In this document: in pieces, positions 9,125 to 17,800 of the stretch
Position numbering within the stretch: the first letter of the stretch is position 1
Layout of the letters: each line of letters opens with the position of its first letter
From: Stramenopiles sp. TOSAG23-3
Taxonomy: Eukaryota
Assembly: GCA_900128585.1 (NCBI GenBank)
Contig: LT642208.1
Span: 1-33,624, forward strand
DNA length: 33,624 nucleotides
Reading direction: 5' to 3'
The notes under the pieces: generated by a model
Database searches by the model: none
What the model saw: the letters and a program-made list of their open reading frames with translations, nothing else
Told to the model about the DNA's origin: nothing
Position numbers and translations under genes: made by a program

Positions 9125-9482
9125 AAAAGGCTGGACAGCCCCGGCCGTATTTGTATATCTCAGAGAGTATATATATATAATAATATGTATAGACTAGACT
9201 ATGCATAATAATTATATTTTATTTTTAGGACTGACTTCATTATTTTAAAAGGTAGAAACCTCCTCAGCTCTTATTAAAATATTGTTCTGTTGTTCTGTGC
9301 CTAGTTCTGTTCTTCTTAAAGTTTAAATTGTTCTTGTCTTTTTTTTTGTTAGTACGGGGTCTAGCAGAAGAAAGAACGAATATCGTGAAAATAAGGAATT
9401 CTCCCCCCCTAACATTATACTGTATGCTCTGATCATACTGTATACTTAATAATATAGATACAGCATTTAAACATCTGTGTAT

Positions 9483-9604
9483 ATTTTTCTTCTTTCTTTC
9501 CTTTTTTTTCTTCCTTTTTTTTTTTTTTTTTTTTTTTTTCTTTTTTCTCTTCTTCTCATAACTCATATTAATATTTAATATACTCCTCCTTCTTCTTTTT
9601 TTCT
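9483..9604. repeat. Poly(T)/TTC pyrimidine tract upstream of the phosphatase gene
   Basis: Directly visible low-complexity tract, including a long T run. Confidence 0.85.
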
Positions 9605-9741
9605 ATTATTAGGCCTACTTTCTTACAAAAAAGCTATTCCCTTTCCACAAATGTCCCAAACGTGAGCTTCCGTTTCCACATCACTCTCTCCACGTTCTCA
9701 TCCCAGTGGAACTTCACCTGCGAGAAAAGGCAACGACCACC

Positions 9742-11034
9742 ATGCGTTCCGCTACCGCTCTTTTTTTCGCGCATTGCGCTGTTTTAGGACTGTTGTCCGT
9801 TGTCCAGGCTGCCCCCGGGCAGGGGCACCTCTCTATCTCCGAAACTCCGAACGCAATGCGAATCATGTGGGTCGACTTTAACGCTACTGATGGGTACGTC
9901 GCGTACGGAACTTCAGAGGAGAGCCTTGTCAACAAAGGAATGGCATCGATGGACACGTACAAAATCAGCGACATGTGCGGTGCCCCGGCGAATGAATCGA
10001 GCAACTGGGTTGAACCTGGAAACATTTTCACCGCCGAAATGACCGGTCTGAAACCGGGAAAGGTGTACTACCAGTTTGGCGGCAAAAGCGCAAGCCTTAG
10101 CCCTGTTCGCTCTTTTCACTTTGGGCCAAAGAGCTCAACCACAACCTCTTTCATTGCATACGGTGACATGGGCACCATGGCGCCCAACGACAAGAATTCC
10201 ACTGCAGAGATCCTGGCGCACGTCAGTGATGTAGACGTGATAATTCACGTGGGGGACATATCCTATGCTATGGGGCACGCGAAGAAGTGGGAAGAGTGGT
10301 TTACGGAGATCGAGCCTGTCGCAACGCAAGTGCCCTACCACGTGTGCCTTGGAAATCACGAGTACGATTGGCCGACCCAGTCCTTCAAGCCGAAGCTATT
10401 TTCGTACATGAAGGACGGCGGGGGCGAGTGCGGCATTCCGTACGATAAGCGCTTTCACATGCCGGGCCCGAAGCTTCGCACGAAAGACTTTCTAACGGGG
10501 TCGACGAACATTTACCACAGCATCAACGTGGGGCTAGTGCATTTCATTATGCTGTCGAGCGAGCACAATATGACCGTCGGCAGTGAGCAGTACGAATGGC
10601 TCTTGAGCGATTTGCAGGGTGTAAATCGGTCCGTAACTCCATGGGTGGTCTTTGGCCAACATAGACCGTTTTATGGCAGCACGGTTGTAAGGATTTTGCC
10701 AGAATACTCAATAATGAGAAAAATTCTGGAGCCACTTTTCGTTAAGTACAAGGTAGATTTGGTCCTGTTTGGGCACATTCACCAGTACCAGAGAACGTGC
10801 CGTATGGTCAACCACAAATGCAACGACGACGGCCCGGTTTACATCGTGGTTGGAACGGCAGGAGCCACCACGCAGGTCCCGTTTCTGCCAGTCTTGAAGC
10901 ACTGGATGAAATTTAGAAGCGACGATTTTGGAATATCTAAATTCAAAGCTTATAATTCAACGCATATGAACGTGAATTGGTATCTGGACAAGAACGGCAC
11001 AGTCGGGGATTCGTTTTGGATCGAACGCTCCTAA
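9742..11034 (+). CDS. Purple acid phosphatase (secreted/lysosomal metallophosphoesterase)
   Basis: Signal peptide from ATG 9742 (MRSATALFF..VVQA); N-terminal FN3-like domain; all five metal-ligand motifs DMG, GDISY, GNHE, VFGQH, GHIH; DGGGECG. Confidence 0.93.
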   Translation: MRSATALFFAHCAVLGLLSVVQAAPGQGHLSISETPNAMRIMWVDFNATDGYVAYGTSEESLVNKGMASMDTYKISDMCGAPANESSNWVEPGNIFTAEMTGLKPGKVYYQFGGKSASLSPVRSFHFGPKSSTTTSFIAYGDMGTMAPNDKNSTAEILAHVSDVDVIIHVGDISYAMGHAKKWEEWFTEIEPVATQVPYHVCLGNHEYDWPTQSFKPKLFSYMKDGGGECGIPYDKRFHMPGPKLRTKDFLTGSTNIYHSINVGLVHFIMLSSEHNMTVGSEQYEWLLSDLQGVNRSVTPWVVFGQHRPFYGSTVVRILPEYSIMRKILEPLFVKYKVDLVLFGHIHQYQRTCRMVNHKCNDDGPVYIVVGTAGATTQVPFLPVLKHWMKFRSDDFGISKFKAYNSTHMNVNWYLDKNGTVGDSFWIERS

Positions 11035-11319
11035 TACTTCCCTGTTGCATATATGCTCTGAAGAGTTAAAAAACAAATGAAATAATTCGTACGTACTCTT
11101 TTAAGATTCTTAACTATTCTGTGCGTGTGATTTATTTACTATATATTTTGTTATATATAACAAGGAGGAGTTTGGGTTCTTGAACGGTTTTACCTTCTTT
11201 TTTCTTTTCTTTTTTGAGAGTCTTAAAACATACTATAAAAACATACTATATAATTTGTTTTTTTATATTTTGTTTTTTTTTTAAATGGGGGTAAACTACA
11301 ACGCCCCTCTAGAAACACC

Positions 11320-12423
11320 TCACCTCAACGCCCCGTAGTTGACGACTTCCCGGCTCTCGCCGTCTTCCACGCCGTCTTCGGCCATCTTTCCGTACCCAAC
11401 GCCGTGGGCAAAATCATCACGTCCTCTATTTTTTACAGGGGTCGAACGTCCCTGTGAAGTTCGAAGGCGCTGCTCTGCCGTCTGCCGCATCAAAAATAAC
11501 AGGGCGAGGCCGGGGATCCATGTAGGGATCCAACTGTCTAAGGAGAGGTACAGGGCAAAGATGCGGCTCTTCTGCCCCGCTCCCCAGTTGCTATGGAACG
11601 TGTTCATTGTAATGACTGCAAACCGCAGCAGAAAGCACGCGAAGCAGAGGCTCATCATGGAAATTAGGCGACAAACCATGACTTGGAATTTATGGCTTCC
11701 ATACGACGATCCGACAACGGAATTTATTCTTGCGCGCAGGCGCAGGCCAAAGATGATCGTCAACATTGCGAGAATTATCTGAGCCAGCATGACCGTGATA
11801 ATGAACGCGACGTACCAGTGGCTGTCATTCAAATCCCCTACGTCCCCGACAAAAATACGCACCAACAGAATTATTGCTGCAATTATGACGCTTGCATTGA
11901 TCATAATCATGCTGTATTGGTATCGTCGGCGAGACCGTACTTGCGGCGATTCGAACGAGTTCGACCGAACGGCCGTCGGATCGACCGGCTGCGCAACGTT
12001 GTGCCACTCGTTTATTACAATTGTGAACGCAAGAAAAAAAGCAACGAACGCAATCATGTGGCACGGGTAAAGCGATACCCAGTAGTCCTTGTGCGGTCCG
12101 TCGTTCTGGAAAAATAACCATGCGGCATACTGGGGGATCTCGAGTACAAACGACACAAACATAAACGCGTGGAACAGCAACCTTGGCAAAACAGCATATC
12201 CAGTGCTTTCGTACCTTAACAACTGCGCCGAATATTCCCCGCGCCACCGCAGGCGTCCCCACGACACGACCTGGACGAACAGACGATATGCAGCGATCAG
12301 GGACATAACAATAAAACCAATAAAACCAATTACCGCCGCTCGGTGCCCATCGTCTAACGTGACCTGCTTTTTGAACGAATTGGCCACGAAGTCGGACCTA
12401 CCCACGTCTGAGAGCGTAGACAT
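11320..12423 (-). CDS. Seven-TM protein, TOM1/THH1/GPR137-like
   Basis: 367 aa with about seven hydrophobic segments and family-like motifs LFHAFMF, FFLAFTIVINEW, FGLRL, CFACFLLRF and WIP. Family assigned by recall only. Confidence 0.6.
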   Translation of the reverse strand: MSTLSDVGRSDFVANSFKKQVTLDDGHRAAVIGFIGFIVMSLIAAYRLFVQVVSWGRLRWRGEYSAQLLRYESTGYAVLPRLLFHAFMFVSFVLEIPQYAAWLFFQNDGPHKDYWVSLYPCHMIAFVAFFLAFTIVINEWHNVAQPVDPTAVRSNSFESPQVRSRRRYQYSMIMINASVIIAAIILLVRIFVGDVGDLNDSHWYVAFIITVMLAQIILAMLTIIFGLRLRARINSVVGSSYGSHKFQVMVCRLISMMSLCFACFLLRFAVITMNTFHSNWGAGQKSRIFALYLSLDSWIPTWIPGLALLFLMRQTAEQRLRTSQGRSTPVKNRGRDDFAHGVGYGKMAEDGVEDGESREVVNYGALR

Positions 12424-13021
12424 ATTTCAGAAAGTGCACTGTATTGCGAGTCTCCCAGCCTCCGAAAGAAAATTTCTTCCCAGACGGTCACTGCTAACGG
12501 TGCGAGTGGAAACGAAACAACTAGAGAAAGAATAGAAAAGGGTCAAGCCAACTTTTGAATTCTATAGTTCGTCTAGTAGAAGTATATTTGAAATCCAGCA
12601 ATACAATGCTAAATGTTTTGTCAATTAGTAACAGTTATGCTATAATTAATACCATGATGACGCTGCAATAATAATACCAAGTAATACACAACACAAATAA
12701 TAATTGAAAATCAAAATGATTCATCATAGTCGTCAATAATAGAGGAAGAAGAAAGAAGAAGGTTTCGGGGGTTCTTCTGAGATGACCTCATCAATATTAC
12801 GAGTAGACCATAGATCCAATCCTCGTAGACCAAAGACCATTGCTGATGAAAATGAAGTAGAATAAATAAAATATTAAAATTAGAAGGAAGAAAGAAGAAG
12901 GTTGATTTCTTCAGGACGGACGGATAAATTTACATAGACCAATATATATACATATAAATACCAAAGGGAGCATTTAAATAAATAAATTGTTTTAGAAGTA
13001 AGAAATGGATTATTTTATTAA

Positions 13022-13029
13022 GTCGTCTA
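13022..13029. promoter_or_regulatory. Recurrent intergenic motif GTCGTCTA/TAGACGAC (representative site)
   Basis: Exact copies at 2996, 7277, 7642, 13022, 20299 and 29618, all in spacers. Regulatory function is inferred. Confidence 0.45.
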
Positions 13030-13639
13030 GGATAAATTTACATATACATAGCAAAGGGCATTGAAAGAAAAAAATGGATACCTCTAGATTTAATATAGTG
13101 TCTAATAATAAAGGGGAAAAAAATGAATAATTTTAATTGAGGAACCGGGGGTCCTGTTTAGTCGTTCTCCGTTGTTTAAGTTTCTTCTTCCTTCTATCTT
13201 CTTGTTTATTAAGCTAATTTATTTTTATTTTTTTCACATGTTAAAAAAAAAATTATTATTATTATAATACATTGGTAATATTGGGAAAATTTAAGGTAAT
13301 ATTGGGGATTTTATTACACAGTATTATTATTTTTTATATTTTACAGTACTTCTTCTCCTCTCTTCTATAATAATTATTAAATTGCATAAACTTTGCACTT
13401 TTAAAAACAGGTATTATATTATACGTGGACCTTTACATTTTAAGCCGTTTCCCTATTACGTCAGATTAGACTAAAATGTCAACTGATCTAACTAACTACA
13501 AAGAGGTTAACAATTATTCTGTCCCTTCTCTTTGATTTGTTTCATAGTTTTTTTCTATGACCAAGCACGAAGAGTACGTTTCTGGAGCAAGGCCTTTGAT
13601 TACAGTTTTCGTGAGCTGCGGAAGCTTATTTTTGTGACC

Positions 13640-14779
13640 ATGATGTCAATTCCAAGACCAAACAACGGGTGGTTCTTCCCGCAACTCTACATTCGCCCGA
13701 ATTACTTTTTTATAATTACCCCCTTTGGCACGCAGCAGGTCCCTTTCAAACCGATTATAGTGATTCCCACATTTGTCGTTTGCCTGTTGCTCCTCCTTTG
13801 GTTTCTGGTACGGAAGTGCCTCTTCTCCAAACGATACGTAGAGGCGAAGAAAAAGAAAAAGATATTGTACATTGCAACGCTGGGAGAGGACAAAGGGCGT
13901 GGCTTCTTGGACTATTTCATGGGAATTGTTGCCCTCTCTGGGCTTGTAAAGGACGATCAGGTCGACTGCGTGGGAATAGTGACCGGCAAACCGTCCAACA
14001 AAAAAATGATAGACCGGTGGATACGCGCGTTCCACCTTTTTGAAGACGTTGTGGTGCCGGTCTACAGCGAAGAGAACGACTTCATTCTGAAGAGTGTAGA
14101 GCAGCACGGCAACGAGCTGTGCGTTGTGGTAGCTGGGCAGATGACGCCGCTAAAGAATGCAATTTTAATGTGCATAGAAGGGCGTGGCGCCAACCCATTC
14201 CTAAAATTAGACTCGATAGTTTGGCCAGAGCTGTGCGTGGAATTGAAGACGAAGCCAGGGCTCAAAAAGAAATGCCCATGCTGCCGCACAAAGGCGCCAC
14301 CACGGAAGATCATCATCCCAAGCATAAGCCGTTGCGGCAAGTTCGTTAAAAACGATGCACGGGGAACAGATTTTTTGTGCTCCAGACTTCAAAAATCCGT
14401 CAGCTTCGTATCCTGTGAGCCCATGAAACCAAGCGCAAGATTCAAGAAAGAGCACTTGAAGGTTGTCGCCTCGCGGATGTGGCTCGCGTTGAAGCCAGGA
14501 GACAGAGAAGAGGTACTGGGGGAAATGTTTGCCCTGCCAAAGAGTGACGTGGGCGAGCGGAGCATTCATAGTAAAACAGAAAGCCTAGAAGGAGAGGGCA
14601 TGCATTTTTCGCTTGTCGGCATGTTTTTCTTTCCCGACAATAAACGCCAGAAAGTGCAAAAACTCTTTCCCGTGAGGAAATGGGGACGCCACAAAATCAT
14701 CGGTCCTGCCGTCGTCGACGGTACCATTTCAGAATCAACCGCAGAGGTTCTGTTGGACTCTGTCTTGAGAGGATTCTGA
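13640..14779 (+). CDS. Membrane-anchored protein with a degenerate inosine/uridine nucleoside hydrolase-like fold
   Basis: First ATG 13640; TM segment PIIVIPTFVVCLLLLLWFLV followed by a basic cluster. ILYIATLGED..VDCVGIVT and LCVVVAGQMTPL resemble IUNH strands, but the DxDxxxDD motif is absent. The CDS is solid; the product is tentative. Confidence 0.5.
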   Translation: MMSIPRPNNGWFFPQLYIRPNYFFIITPFGTQQVPFKPIIVIPTFVVCLLLLLWFLVRKCLFSKRYVEAKKKKKILYIATLGEDKGRGFLDYFMGIVALSGLVKDDQVDCVGIVTGKPSNKKMIDRWIRAFHLFEDVVVPVYSEENDFILKSVEQHGNELCVVVAGQMTPLKNAILMCIEGRGANPFLKLDSIVWPELCVELKTKPGLKKKCPCCRTKAPPRKIIIPSISRCGKFVKNDARGTDFLCSRLQKSVSFVSCEPMKPSARFKKEHLKVVASRMWLALKPGDREEVLGEMFALPKSDVGERSIHSKTESLEGEGMHFSLVGMFFFPDNKRQKVQKLFPVRKWGRHKIIGPAVVDGTISESTAEVLLDSVLRGF

Positions 14780-14889
14780 TTGAAACAGAAAAATGACCCG
14801 CGCGTAAAAACATTTTTTTTAAAGACACTTACATGTAGCTTGTCGTTCATATTTACAGAATTTAAACACCAGTATCTGGAACACCCTAT

Positions 14890-17800
14890 CTATTGCTCCG
14901 ACAACTGCGTCAGCTTGTTTTGCAGCCTAGTTTTCATAGCTTGCAGGCGCCGGGTCATGTCCAAGTCATCATCATGGACATGAGACTCAAGCGTTTGGGT
15001 TTCAGGCGTTGAAACGTTCGTTGGCAACTGAACCTCCTTCAGTTCGCCCGAAATATGCTCTCGCTGGCGGGGGTGTGCATCGTGCGCATGCGCTTGACGG
15101 GCGCGAGCCCTCTTCGCATGAGCTATCTGTGCGTGCAATTTTTCTGCCTCCAATTTGTTGGCTTCTTCTGCCGCTGCAATGGCCCGTTCTTGGTCCAGGT
15201 CGTGCGTCCCATGGTGGTGATGGTGTACCATCAGCGTTTCTTTGGGCGCGTAGCCTCCACCCACCCGGATGGGCTTGGGGGAATGGTCCTCTGGAGCTTT
15301 AATTACGGCCTTGGGGCGGGGTCGTGGGGCCTGTATGTTTTCTTTATGAGGGTTTTGGAACAAGGTAATTGCTTGCTTTAAATTGCGGATCAAAATGTTT
15401 TTCTCCCTCAACAATTTCTCGCACTCCGCAATCCTTGCTTCCAGTTGCTGGCACCGAGTCCTGCAATTCATCAAATCGGCTTCCAAGGCGGCTATCCTTT
15501 CATTCTTCTCAAAAATTTCATCGCGGTGGTCCGCCTCCATTTTCTTTATGGTTTCGTTCAGTTGGGCTATGATATGCTCAAACGACTCTTTTTCACGAAG
15601 CAAAATAGAAATTTCGTGGCTTTTCCCTTCTACGGCTAGCTTTAAATCCTTGATCAGGCCCAATGACGACTCCAGCTTCATCTCCATCGACGTTTGGTCT
15701 CTCGCAGCAGCAGCCTGGGTTTCGCCCATTTCCTTCTCAACCTGCATTCTCGCGTCCTCTTCCACGTTTAATTGCTGTTCTACGGAATGGACCATTTTCT
15801 TGAGAGACTTAATTTCCTTCTTCAACGATCTTTTTTCTTTCGACCACTCATCTGCGCACTTGCTGGCTTTGAGGATTTCATTTTTCGTCTCCAGTTTGGC
15901 CTCTTCCAGTTTCTCCTTCACCGTGGCCTTCTCGCCCTCGACCTGCTGCAGTTTGTCGTTGATGCCCGTTGCTTCTTCCAGCATCTGGGACATTTTTTTG
16001 TCTCGTGCGACCAGCCTTGCTTCCAGATCTTTCACGCGCCCATTGGTCAAACTGTTCTCCTCGGAAAGCATCTCGTTCTCCTTTCGCAGTTTGGCAACTT
16101 CGACCATTAAGCCCTCCAAATCGTTCGCAACACTCCTCACGCCCCGGGAGACAATCATGGTCTTGTTGGCTTTCTCCCGCGCTTGATCGTCCAAGCGCTC
16201 CATTTCCTCGCTCATACTGTTCACACGGCCCTGAATCTGAAGCTTTTCTCTTTCCCACTCCAACTCTCTTAGCGCAAACCCCTCCTCCTGAACGTTCTTC
16301 TCGCGCCTAATGATAGCAACCGCACGGTTCCATTCTCGCTCTTGCTCCTCCGCTTCTTCCCTCAAACTGCAGACTGTTTCCGAGCGAACAATAAAAAGGT
16401 ATTTTCTCCACCCCATCCATGCCCTCTGCGCCCGGTTCAAATCCCGCAAACGGTTTAAGAATGACACCGCCTTTTCCCGCTGACGCATATTGTGCAAATT
16501 TTTTGACCACGCCGTAATTGCCAGTTTCTTCATGTACCTCCTTTTTCGGAGTTCTGCCCTTTGGACAATGACTGATGCGCGGATCAGCCACCTGCCCTTG
16601 TAAGTCTTCCTCTCCGCGGCCTCACGGCGAGACATAGAGACTTTGGTAAACCTCCTCCACTTTCCAAACCGGCGCTTCTGAATGCTGCGCACATAGTGCC
16701 CCATGGCGAGCGCTTCGGCGATCCGATCGCTCTCTGACCGTGCAGTAACCATTTTCCACGCCCAAAGAGTGCGACTTCCGAGCTGCTTTATGTAATGCAG
16801 CACAGCGTTTTCCTTTTTCTCTAACCCTAAGATTTTCATGTACAGACACCATTTCGCAAGTGCTTTGCGACAAATGAACAAATTTGCTTTCCGCTTCAAG
16901 AACAGTTTTTCCATTTTACGCTTTTTTGCCTCGCGTACTTTGTTGTACCACGCAAGGTAGACCCGTGAAAGAAGTGTCCTGCTGTGGGTCTTCTCTGCAT
17001 GAACGTACCTGCTTTGTAAATACTTTCTCTGCCTGATTACGTAGACCCAATGCCTCCACGTCTTTTTCAGTCGCTTCGACCTCTGCTGCTTCACTGCCTG
17101 CTTCACTTTACGGTAAATATGGCGGCTCAGGCTCAACAATTCGCTCCATTTGTAAAACGTCTTTTGAAGCATGGAGGTCTTGTAAAATTCGACTGCCATT
17201 GCCTCTCGATCGTCCACTTGCACGAAATCGTGCAACAAAATTTTGTACTCTTTTGCCTGATGAACTGCGTGGTCACGCTCATGCTGGAGCTTCTCCACTT
17301 TATCGTTCATTTCAGACAGCTTCTTTGCAAGCTGAAGCGCTTTCGTATCGTCTGTGCGGCTTGGGTGAGTTTCATCGACCTTCTCGGCTTTCGGTTTTGT
17401 TCGCGCTCTCGGTTTTATGGACGCTTTCGGCTTTGCTGAGGCTTTCAGTTTTATTGAGTCCTTTGCTGCTGGAGGCGGAGAAGCAACCCCCTTTTGGTCC
17501 CGCCGGCTGTTTGCCTTCTTTCCCAGTGCAGACGGCGAGTGAACTAACGCCTTCCCTTTTGGGGACTTTTTTTTCGCTTTGGGTCCAGCTTGGGAAACGG
17601 GCAACCTGTCCTTCGGGGAATCTGAAAACGGGGTGGCCGGAGGCTCGTGCCGAAGGGTCTCCTCCCACGTCTTTCTGTCTTTCGGGGACAATTCCAAATC
17701 CGCCTCCTTTTTTGCCGGCGTTGCCCTATTCGCTCCTTCGTCTGGTGCAGATCCTGATTTTCCCAAAGCTTTCGTTGGAGAGCGACCAGCATGGCTTTGG

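Noticed and set aside
9264..9566. Poly-Lys ORF (also 20982-21239 and 20949-21164)
   Set aside because: These are translations of poly(T)/GAAA low-complexity tracts.
9651..9706. Upstream ATG plus GTGAGC..CAG mini-intron before the phosphatase
   Set aside because: Splicing would be out of frame with the CDS, and ATG 9742 already gives a good signal peptide.
12654..12780. C/D-box snoRNA candidates (also 2683-2765, 8000-8119, 30308-30371)
   Set aside because: No terminal stems and no rRNA-complementary guide that I could recognise.
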